This document shows, piece after piece, positions 1-11,664 of a stretch of 64,000 bases of DNA. The notes beneath the pieces were generated by a model. It was not told where the DNA came from. It ran no database searches and was given only the letters and a program-made list of their open reading frames with translations. This DNA is from Octopus bimaculoides (Eukaryota), in NCBI RefSeq assembly GCF_001194135.2, contig NC_068996.1, forward strand, positions 22,154,134 to 22,218,133, written 5' to 3'. How positions within the stretch are numbered: the stretch's first letter is position 1; every line of letters begins with the position of its first letter. The translations under genes and the position numbers were made by a program.

Positions 1-262
1 GGAGTAGAAGGGCACTATAAGAGTCTTTGTACATTTTGTCATGACTTGCTTTGAATCTCTGAAAGTTTGTTACTGCTCTAGCAATTCAGTGGTGCCACTC
101 TTATCAAATCAATTCATTACCATGTTCTCAGTTCCATATGGCTTCAGTTTCACTGCACTTCAAGTCGTCCTTATACTGCCCTATTTACCTCTCTGCAAAA
201 TAGCTTTTGCTGCATCCTGGATTTATACATGCAGATTAGTTGACCTGTCTATATGAGCTGAA
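1..262 (-). mobile_element. Degenerate RTE-type LINE C-terminal fragment
   Basis: Minus strand reads GRQYKDDLK-like peptide, resembling the RTE GRP..RYKD.LK motif; interrupted by stops and frameshifts. Confidence 0.4.
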
Positions 263-267
263 CCATA

Positions 268-949
268 AGAAACTTCGGATCTTGTTCAAAACGGGGGCAC
301 CAGTTTTCACTTATGTTTTATGTAGTGTTTTTGGTACCGAAAGACTTTCAAACTTCGTATACTTATCTATTTTGTGTTATAGAACAGAAAATAATTTTTG
401 TATTCGAATTTATTTCATGTAAAAAATTGTCTTATTTCGATAATTTCAACCAATCACTGACAAGTATTCAGCTGTTTACACCTACACCTTTGGCAGTTTA
501 AGCGGTGTAAAGCGTATTTAATCTCCCATTACTTCTGACATTTTGCCGAGGCAACACACGTGTGTTCGTTTTCCCTAACCCTAACCCTAATTGACTTGCT
601 CCTTCCCTCAAAAACCATGCCTTGTGCCTATAATAGAAAGGTTTATTAGTTACTGCCAATATGCTTCAGCCATTTTTTGACAAGGAAATAATAATTTTAT
701 CACCGCCAGAATCGTTTGTTTACGTAGTCAGCACTTAATGTATACAGCTGAATGGACGTCAGTCATTGGTTGAAATTACAGAAATACGACAACTTTAACA
801 TGAAATAACTTGCGATGTACGTTTTTTTGTTAAGAAGACTAAGAGAAAAAGATGTTTTATATGACACATTCTACCAGTGTCCCAAGTTTCAAAGTGTTTT
901 GTTAAGAAAATACTGGTGCCCCCGTTTTGAACAAGATCCGAAACTTCTC
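268..949. mobile_element. Non-autonomous DNA transposon/MITE with TA target site (Tc1/mariner-like)
   Basis: ~35 bp TIR (cggatcttgttcaaaacgggg(g)caccagt and its reverse complement at 912-940), further subterminal inverted repeats, flanked by TA. Confidence 0.7.
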
Positions 950-2399
950 TTAAATACATGTGAAGTTGGCTGTCTCTGGGATGGTCAAGTTGGAGATAGT
1001 CCCACTTGCAAAATTGCGTGATGAATCAGGAAGTTGTTGTGAAAATACTTGAGTCATCTGACATGTTTGTGATACAGTGTAACATGTTTCACACACTTAT
1101 ACAAAATTTCATGGACCATAATAGCATTTGGCAAAGAGGTGAATGTCCATACACTACAGTACTTTAATGCGTAGTTTTTCTAGTGCCTAACCTTCTGGAT
1201 CCTCACCAATATCTCTTTGTTGAATCCATTATTAATACTTAATACTCCCCAGATACCAGAAGCTATCAACATGCTATGTGTTGTCTGCAGTGTTGCAGGG
1301 CTTTGGTGTGTGAACTACTGAAGGACTTCAGTCTTTCCAAAGCTAAATGTCAAACCAAACAGCTTTGATCTGTTTGTCTTGGTATACTCTGAATACAACA
1401 AATAGTGCTGCTATACTTCTATGATGAGCATTTTGGGGAATCTTCATGTGCACTGCAAGGCAACAAAGGTCAAAGGGAGAGACCCCCTTCAGATGGTACC
1501 TTATGCCTAGGCTTGTAACAACAAATAATCTCTGTTGGAGATGTCAAAAATTAATATCTGTTGGTAAACCAAGTTTGTTTACGAACATTAAAGAAAAAAA
1601 TTTACTTGGGTTGAAAACGTTACCAAGGTAGATTTTTTCCCACTTTCTAGAAATTCCTGCGTTTTGTCCGTTCTTCAAGTAATTAGGAAATTGTAATACA
1701 CCATGGTTTGGGGAAAGTAAAAATCCATTTAATAAGGTTCACACATTAGGAGGTGGTTGTATGAAGGGAAGAATCTTGACTACCTGAACGAAGTCCTTTA
1801 TTGACAGCAGCATTGAGAAAATAAGTTAAGCAGATATTCAGTGCTATCATGAATATTTAAAATATTTTTCTCTCCAACAAATAAATTTACTCAAAATGTC
1901 AGGATTCTTGTCTTTCCACAACCTGTGAACTTATCTATTTTGTAAACTTTATTTAAGAAGAAGGAGGTTAGATTAGGGATTATAAGTAAAATAAAATAAT
2001 TCTCCAAAGCAGTAGTTCCTAATCTTGTCAACACCCCATACTTCTATGAAAATTATTGGTTAAGTTTACACAGACCCTACAAAACTGTCACATATGAAGA
2101 TGTAAAAGTCAATTTTCTAATAATAACTTTTCTTCATTGAATCACATACACTACTTTGAGTTGTGTCAAAGTCATTGCAAGTTCAAATTTTGCTGTTTGT
2201 TCTTTCCTGTCAATGTATATCATGACAAAATATTAGAAGACTTGATGAAGGGAATAGCAGAGAACAAATTCAGATATACATATTTATCATTATGAAAATT
2301 GAGAGCATACTAAAGAATGTGAGTCTAGTTGTGTATAAACTAAAACTGAGGCAGCTAACGGTAATTTGAATATATGAGTGGAAAAGGTTTTAAGGGACG

Positions 2400-3264
2400 T
2401 TCCCTCTATAGAAGAGTAAGTAGATAAGTAATTCAAACTCCACATAAGTCATTTATTAGAGGAAGTTTTATAGAGATGTCCAATGGAAAAGCATAGTTAT
2501 GTTTGAATTAGGATATGATTTGACAGTTATAAGTAATATTAGGTATGGTGTGTGTAAAAAAAAAAATTTTCTTGTGTGAGAATGAAATTAAGCTAGTGAA
2601 TATAGTATATAGGAGGCTGCTAGAATGCAACGAGAACAAGAGTTAGGTGTAGAAATGCTTAAAGACCTACATATAATAGAGTTGTATTAGTGTAAGAACT
2701 TATATTCGTTTGTGTGTATTAAATATAAGGTAAAAAAATGAAAAATAGGAAATTAGTTGTTAATATTACAGAATTAAGGTAGTAAATACTTGCTGTGGCT
2801 ATAAATATTAAAAAAAAATATTCAGAAGTATAATAGATATTGTAAAACTTAAATTGGGTTTCTGAAATTACAATTTAAATTATTAGGTGGTACTATGTTG
2901 TTATGTCTATATTTATTAGGGATAATGGAGTTTCAGTTATTATGATAATAGTAGTTGTTAGTTATAGAATTATTGGAGCTGCTAGGTATATTGATGTTTT
3001 TTGGGGGGTTTTTTATGGAATCGATCCAGTTTCTTATTGTTAAAAGAAGAGATTATCCTAAAAAGGTTCGGAGAGACTGAAAATCTAAATCTAATTTTTT
3101 TGTTATTAAATATTCTTGCATATTTAGAGTTTTTATTGATTATATTTTTAATGGATCTAATAAAATTAGATTTTAGATGTTTGACAAAAGGTATTATGAT
3201 CCAAGTAGTGTTATTGTTGTTTTCTTTATTAGAGTGATGGGTTATTTTTTTTTTGGGGGGGGGG
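2400..3264 (-). mobile_element. Degenerate Penelope-like element remnant (RT to GIY-YIG linker)
   Basis: ORF 2982-3446 reads TWIIIPFVK...KIRFRFSVSPNLFRII, like the PLE linker; decayed Cys-containing sequence follows. Confidence 0.45.
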
Positions 3265-3716
3265 NNNNNNNNNNNNNNNNNNNNNNNNNNNNNNNNNNNN
3301 NNNNNNNNNNNNNNNNNNNNNNNNNNNNNNNNNNNNNNNNNNNNNNNNNNNTTTTTTTTTTTTTTTTCTATATTATTTCTATCTATATTAATATGATTTC
3401 TGTGGTTATGTGTATTATTGGAAGGATTTGATGAGATAATTTTCATTTTTTTATGTTTAATGGTTCAATGTTCTTATTTTTACCTATATTGATATCTTAT
3501 CATTTTCCACTTTACTGAATTGACTGGAATTATTTGAAAGATTGTCTGCAGCAAGACAAATGAACCCATCATCTCTAATCTCTATCAGTTCTCATTCAAA
3601 GTTAGTTCTTTGCTGGATGAGTTACCATAATGATGTACCTTACAAAGTGTTTGTCTTATTTCTCCATAACTGTTTTTCATTTTCTTTTTTTTTTTTTTCC
3701 TATTGACATGAACAGT

Positions 3717-3927
3717 TTAACCCTTTAGCAGTCAGATTATTCTGTCAAATGTAATGCTTATTTATTCACATTGTTATGAATTAATTATGCATTATCTTGT
3801 AGCTTTGAGATTGTTTAATTTTAGAATTACATTGTAAGATAGGTATAAGAGGCTAGGTCAGGTCAGTTTGAACATTAAACAAACAAGTAGAATATTTGGG
3901 CCAGATATGGCTGTTTTAAATGCTAAA
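3717..3927. mobile_element. piggyBac-type MITE family P1, copy 1
   Basis: TTAA-CCCTTTAGC start; internal sequence shared with copies at 12763, 16525 and 62769; right end eroded. Confidence 0.7.
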
Positions 3928-4009
3928 TGATCATGAATTAAATATTTTGCAATGTTAATAAAAACTACTTCACCTCTGCTTAACTGAAGTGTAAATATTA
4001 TATTTACAG

Positions 4010-4168
4010 GTATACAATCAATACTGTGTTGTAAATGATGGCCATGGAATAACTGCTGCATCTGAATGTGAAGGAGAAAATGGAGATTTGTATTTGGTTC
4101 CTAATAAAACTAGAATTTATCGGTTTTCATTTCTGCCTATGAAAGAGGATGTTGGAAATCAATTAGAA
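4010..4168 (+). CDS. TRAPPC11: TRAPPC11 exon (VYNQYCVVND...EDVGNQLE), phase 0-0
   Basis: tttacag|GTA acceptor, GAA|gtaaga donor, 159 nt open. Confidence 0.92.
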
Positions 4169-4341
4169 GTAAGAAAAGTTTTTACTAATTTCTTCTATTT
4201 TCCTTTATTTATTTTTTTTTTTCTGTTTTGTGTGTGTGTGTTTATATTACTAAAGCTGAAGCTGAGAGTTTGTTTCATAAATCAGATTGCTGTGACATGA
4301 CACTTGAGTATCACATCACTTCATTTGAAATTAAACAACAA

Positions 4342-4388
<47 letters not shown>

Positions 4389-7300
4389 TATACACACACA
4401 TAAAATTGGAGTCAGGAAGAGGGAGTATGGTTGGACAATTATTCGCTACAATTGTTTCAACACAACAAGCTCTATACTGGATGCTAATAAATTTCTAATG
4501 GAACACAACATAACTATATATATATATTTCGAGCGTGACCGTTGCCAGTACTTCCTGACTGGCCTTCGTGCCGGTGGCATGTAAAAGCACCCACTACACT
4601 CTCTGAGTGATTGGCGTTAGGAATGGCATCCAGCTGTAGAAATTCTGCCTGGTGTAGCCATCTGCTTCACCAGTCCTCAGTCAAATCATCCAACCCATGT
4701 TAGCATGGAAAGCAGACGTTAAACGATGATGATATATATATAAATTGTTTTGTTAAATTTATAATTGTTCATGTTTCTTATGTATACCTTAAATTTTATT
4801 TATAGATTACAACTATAGTTCTTCAAATTGGGACTGAAGGAAGGCTGGCTTTCCTTTATTGGCTTGGAGCTGGCGGTGATGCTGTTGCACCATCCTCTAC
4901 TGCACAGACTGTTTGGCATAAGAAAGAATCTGATGGGGTAATCGACTGGAAGTCAGTGACTGCTATTCCAATAACAAAGTAAGGCTTCTGACGTGTGTGT
5001 GTGTGTGTGTGTATGAAATTCAATTTTGAATTTGTTTTGTAAGAATTTTGATCAGAAATTGTATGTTGAAACCACATTGGGAAGTCATATTTAATAATGC
5101 TTTTATATATATGTGTGTGTGTGTATATATATATATAAATGTATAAGATCATGATATATTTAGATAGACAGACAGACAGGTGTCTCCTATACAGTAACAC
5201 AATTATTTTTGAAATGGAAATGGATTAGACATGTTCAAAGAATGGATGACAGTAGGTAGATTGATTTCTAAGAAACAGCAAAAGAAACAAGATGGATTTA
5301 ACAAAAATGGCAGAGAGATAAGTCAGAAATATATGGAGAAATACAACTAAGTTCTTGAGGACTAGTGGGAAATCAGTTGGTTTATTTGATTGATTGTATA
5401 ATATAACTAAGTAATTTTCATTGCATTTACTGAATTAGTATTGAATGGTTCCCAGTGTAAGTAACTACAGAAAATTGTAAACATTTATGAGGGTGAGAAT
5501 TCAGACAATATCTGCATGAAAAATAATGTATATGTAATAGAAAACCTTGCTGAGTTTCAATCCACTGAACTTTTGATTCACATGTAGTGGATCTTGGTTT
5601 TGTTTAGTTATTGTACTTGCTATCAACCTTCATCTGTACTGGAGACAGAAAACCTGCTTTAGAAAGTGCTGTTTCTGACCTCTGTCTCATTATGTTATCT
5701 ACTTGAGGAAAAATACAAGTTGAAACAGAAGAGTTCATTCCAGCAGTTGGAAGACTAATTTTCTGATTGACGCACCAAATAGAGGAAATAACACTTTGTT
5801 CTAGGCAACAGCTTGACAGACAGGGACTTACTATTCCTAATACTACTTCAAAACAAAGAAACAAAGTCTTTCTCACCACAGTCTTTGTCACATACAACTA
5901 TGACAATTCCTGCTATATCCAGCTAACCTTTCTGTCATAATACACATACATTCATCCAAATATTTATAAACATTTTCACAACCTGATGTATGGCTTCTCA
6001 TACATATAGTGAGACATTATACATTTGGTAGAGTGAAATTTATTGATAATATTGAGTTGAAGAAGATTTCAATTTTTCGCTTTAATGGCTTGATCAACTA
6101 GTGAAGTTTTAAACAAGATTTTCAGCTTATATCCAATAATTAGTTCACAAAGGTGTGTGAAAATATCAATGGTTGCTTGCCAAAGAGTTAGAATGCTTAT
6201 TTTTTAGTTGTAAGTCAAGGAGAGGAACAGAGAGAATAAGGAATAAAAGATTAGTATTGAAAGCAGGTTTGGAGACTGAAACTGATGGTTTAAGTACAGA
6301 AGGAAATAGTATATAAATATATATATATAAACTCCACAATATATTGAGCTATGTTTTTCTCTATTTCAATCATGACTCACAAATAAAATAGTGTGCATGC
6401 GTGCACACACACACATACATATCATTATACATATCATATAGACGGCAAGCTGCCAGAAACGTTAGCACGCCGGGTGAAATGCTTAACAGTATTTCGTCCG
6501 CCGCTATGTTCTGAGTTCAAATTCCGCCGTGGTCGACTTAGCCTTTCATCCTTTCGGGGTCGATAAATTAAGTACCAGTTATGCACTAGGGTCGATGTAA
6601 TCGACTTAATCCGTTTGTCTGTCCTTGTTTGTCCTCTCTGTGTGTAGCCCCTTGTGGGTAGTAAAGAAATAACACACATACATATCATTTAGTGCACAGA
6701 GTGAAAGTTATATAAACTTATCCACTATTTTAACAGCACTATGATTGAATAACAAATCTATTGGGCACTTCAGTATGATTGATATTTCCTATTGCTCTTA
6801 TATCAAAGGATATCAGCTATTTCTATGTAATTTTCTTTCTGTTGTTTTTCTTACAGGATTATTCCACGCCATGCTAGATTGGATATTAAGGTCATCCACG
6901 ACTCACCAAGTTTACTGAATGAATTCTATTTAGTAAAAATCAACATAACCAATAAGGAAAATGCTTCCATATCTGACATAAGGTAAATAGTTTTATGTTG
7001 TTGCTATTGTTTATCCACAATGACCGTTACCACAATCCAATAAATCCCTAATCTAACCATGACCATCTCATCCTTGTATTTCAAACATAGTTTACCAAGG
7101 ATTACACTATCTTGTATACTCTTTCATTTTTAAGATTGCAAGTGTGATTTGACGGCAGTTTGACTGCAATTTCTGCCAGATCTAGCTATCATGTAGAAGT
7201 TCCTTTATTAGCTCAGAATTGTTACTATTGTTGATATCACTGTGTTCCTTGTCATGTTTCAATAATTCTTGACATCCATCCATTTTTTTTTGCCCACTGA

Positions 7301-9017
7301 GAGGGTCATGGAAGGGGAGGGGTCCTCAGGCATCTCCTTTAAGGGGTCCTATCAGAAGCAATGGTCATTACACTTCTCTGCTGTATACTCAAATGTGACC
7401 AGTTGAGACTATAGATATTATCCAACCATCTTGTTCTTGGTCTACTCTTAGATCTCTTTCTGCTTAAATTGGCTTTAAGAATGTTTTGCTATTCTTTCCT
7501 GCAACATTCTAATCACATGGCCATAGTCCCAGAGCTACACATTATATTTTCATAATTTCTTTACTCTCTGCTATTCTCTCTCTCTCTCTCTTTCTTTGTT
7601 TTAATAATATATTTCATATTATTACTTACACACACATATCGGTAATGCATGCAATATAAACTGGTAATTTGCTAGGTATATATTTTATTAACATTACCAA
7701 CCAGAATCAAATTCATTTGTGACTGGATCGTAATACTGGTAGTGTATATAAGTGATATTTATTTTCTTTTATTGATGCCATTAATGATATTTTAAGTCTT
7801 TGTAAGTCAACACCTGCAGCAAAGACACGAGCAGGTTGGTAATTCCAGTCGAATATACTACTGCATCTTCCTTGGCTGTATGTTATTAGTATTTTGCTGC
7901 AATCATAGCTTTTTTTCACCCAGTAACTATCACCCTTTGACCTCCCTGTTCATACCAATGTAATTATTTCTTCTACATATACTGACCGATGTCTTTAACT
8001 CCTTTTGTTACCACATTGCTGTTGAAATACACTGTCTATTTCATTTAATTTTGAAAATAATGAAGATTTTAGTCAAATAACTTTGTCATTACAAAGCTAG
8101 TATTTGAAACATTAACATAGAATCTTATGAAAGATTTTAATTTAAATCATTTGAAATAGGAAATTTGTAAGCAAGGGGCAGTATTAGACAGACCAGTATC
8201 AAAGAATTAAAACTCAATAAAATATGAACAGTTTAATTATCAATAAAATTTCAATGCCAATGTATTAATATTTTATTTTCTCACTTTGTTTCAGTTTAAC
8301 TGTGGAAGTACAAGATGCTTCAGAGACAACTTCAGAACAAACCAGTATGTTTCATTTCTTCAGTTGTTTTAACAACTTCACATTCTATATGACTGCACCC
8401 CATTAATGCTTCACAGTTCACACATCACATATTTTACACAATCACAGTCTTTGACACTGAAGTGCATAACAATTATCAGGCATGTTTGTTTGGTTGAGAA
8501 GCTTGCTTTCCAACCACCTGGTTTTGTGTTCAGTACCACTGCACAGCACCTTGAGCAAGTGTCTCATTCTATAGCCTCAGGTCAACCAAAGCCTTGTGAG
8601 TGGATTTGGTATACAGAAATTAAAAGAAGCTCATATGTATAACTAGCATTCTGTTGGTTACAGCAATGAAGGTTCCAGTTGATCCAATCAGTCTGCTTGT
8701 GAAATTAACATGTAAATGACTGAGCACTCCACAAACACGTGTACCCTTAATATAGTTCTCATGTACCCTTAATGTAGTTCTCAGGGAGATTCAGCATGAT
8801 ACAGAATGTGACAAGGCTGGCCCTTTGAAATACAGGTACAAATCTTTTTTTTTTGCCAGCTGAGTGGACTGGAGCAATGTGAAATAAAGTATGTTGATCA
8901 GGGATACAGCACATCACTGGGAATCAAACTTAGAACCTTATGATCATGAGCTGAATGCCTTAACCACTATGCCATGTGCCTTCAGACATATATGTGTGTA
9001 TGTATGTATGTATGTAT

Positions 9018-9048
<31 letters not shown>

Positions 9049-9058
9049 NNNNNNNNNN

Positions 9059-9101
<43 letters not shown>

Positions 9102-11622
9102 TTATATTTGTGTGTGCTTGTATATACCCTTGCTTTGACATCATATGATGGTTGTAAATGAGCCTCACTTTCATACAAGTGAGGTTGTTCATTTCCAGTC
9201 TTCTGCAGAAGACTTGTCAGTCTTTGGGGGAAATATTACCTTGCTTGAAAACTAGTCAGGGTTGGTGATAGGAAGGACTTCCAACTGTTGAAAATTTGCT
9301 TCAACAAATTCCATCTGACCCATGCAAGCATGGAAAAGTGGACGTTAAATGATGATATATTATTTTCCGATTGCTTGTTGTCTTTTTAACAGATTACTGT
9401 GACTAATACCAACTGTCATTTTCTGTATTACAACAGAAATAAGAAAATTTAAATTTACCGTCAGCATAGAACATTATGTTTAATGTTGCCAAATAAGAAA
9501 AAGAAAAATTGGGAAGGACTATTATTAATTACTAAAATTGTTTAAACATGTTAAATAAGAACCAGCACATCATGTAACCCTGGCTTTGTGGTAAGTAGCT
9601 TGCTTACAAACCACATGGTTCCGGGTTCAGTCCCACTGCGTGGCACCAAGTGTCTTCTACTATAGCCTCGGGCCAACCAAAGCCTTGTGAGAGGATTTGG
9701 TAGATGGAAACTGAAAGAAGCCTGTCATATATGTATATATATTTATGTGTGTCTGTGTCTGTGTCTGTCCCCTCAACATCGCTTGACAATTAGTGGTTCG
9801 GCAAAAGAGACCAATAGAATAAGTACTAGGCTTGCAAAGAATAAGTCCTGGGATCGATTTGCTTGACTAAAGGCGGTGCTCCAGCATGGCCAGTCAAATA
9901 ACTGAAACATGTAAAAGAGTATATTTCTGTTAAAATACACTGTTTCAATTAATTTTTAACATAATATTTTTCTTTTATTCTTTTACTTATTTCAGTCATT
10001 TGACTGTGCCCATGTTGGAGCACCGCCTTGAAGGGTTTTAGTCAAACAAATTGGCCACAGGACTTATGTTTTTTTAAAGCCTAGTACTTATTCTGTTGGT
10101 CTCTTTTGCCAAACTCCTAACTTACAGGGGACATAAACACACCAACACTGGTTGTCAGGCAGTGATGGAGGGATAGACATAGACACAGACACACACGTGT
10201 AGATAGCCTGAGGCTATTGTAGAAGATACTTGCCCAAGGTACCACACAGTGGAACTGAACCTAGAACCATGTAGTTGAGAAACAAGCTTCTTACTACACA
10301 GCCACGCCTGCACCTATTATGTGGAATTTAGTAAAATAACTTTGTCATTATTAATTAAGCTGGCGTTTGGAACATAAATTAGCATGAAATTTTGATGGAA
10401 GAAAAAGGGAGTGAGAATGCATGTGTGTGTGTGTAACAGATATTTACTGTTGCTGCTGTTCAACCCAGGTCACTTCTGATTTTGCAGACCTGTTGCAAGA
10501 GGTGTTCAAGTCTAACCAACGCATGTCTGCTTTTTGAACATAGTGATATACAAGACAACACTGTCGACTTTGTCGAAGACTGCAGCATGTGGTTTTTGAA
10601 GATTTAGCTGCTGTTTTTAGCAGCTTAAGCAACAATATAAAAGTTGGTTCAAATATTATTCCAGTGCTTCAATTGAAATCACTGTTAACAGTGATCCCTG
10701 CTTGGAGCAAAAGTACAGTACCACACTTGAGATTTGAATCTCTCTGTTTATACGTGCATGTATTTAAGAGAGAAAGTGAAAAAATATGTGTGCATGTGTA
10801 TACCCTGGCACTTCACTACCATCTCTCTCCTGCTTTCTCTTGCACTTTTGCTGTTTCTCACTCTCTTTTTCCATTGCTCTTCCTTCTCCTCTTCCTATAG
10901 CCTCTCGCCAACCAAAGCCTTGTGAGAGTGGATTTGGTAGATGGAAACTGAAAGAAGCTTGTGTGTCTTTGTGTTTGTCCCCCACCACTGCTTGGCAACT
11001 AGTGTTGGTATGTTTACACTCCCGTAAATTAACAGCTCAGCAAAAGTGACCAATGGAATAAGTACCAGGTTTTAAAAAACAAGTCTGGAGGTTGATTTGT
11101 TCAACTAAAACCCTTCAAAGCAGTGCTCCAGCATGGCTGCAGTCAAATGACTGAAGCAAGTAAAAATATGTGTGTGTGTATGTATGTATATATATATATA
11201 TATATATNNNNNNNNNNNNNNNNNNNNNNNNNNNNNNNNNNNNNNNNNNNNNNNNNNNNNNNNNNNNNNNNNNNNNNNNNNNNNNNNNNNNNNNNNNNNN
11301 NNNNNNNNNNNNNNNNNNNNNNNNNNNNNNNNNNNNNNNNNNNNNNNNNNNNNNNNNNNNNNNNNNNNNNNNNNNNNNNNNNNNNNNNNNNNCAAGCTCC
11401 ATTTATTCATGTAGTGAGAACACCACAGAATGTACAATGAAAATGTACTCCTCAGCTGCATAATGGAATTTCATTTTAGACAGTCTAAAATGAAATTCCA
11501 TTATGCAGCTGAGGAGTACATTTTCATTGTATTTTCTGTAGTGTTATCACTACATGAATAAATGGAGCTTGTACGAAACGTACGTACTGCTATAACCTAT
11601 TGAATTTTTGTTGCTTATCTTC

Positions 11623-11664
<42 letters not shown>

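Noticed and set aside
573-590. Telomere or fusion site
   Set aside because: Only three CCCTAA units, inside a MITE.
2500-3000. Mitochondrial insertion (NUMT)
   Set aside because: AT-rich but no recognisable mitochondrial gene or tRNA; better explained as PLE decay.
4228-4584. YIYIYI, HTHTHT and CVCVCV ORFs throughout the window
   Set aside because: Translations of (TA)n and (CA)n microsatellites.
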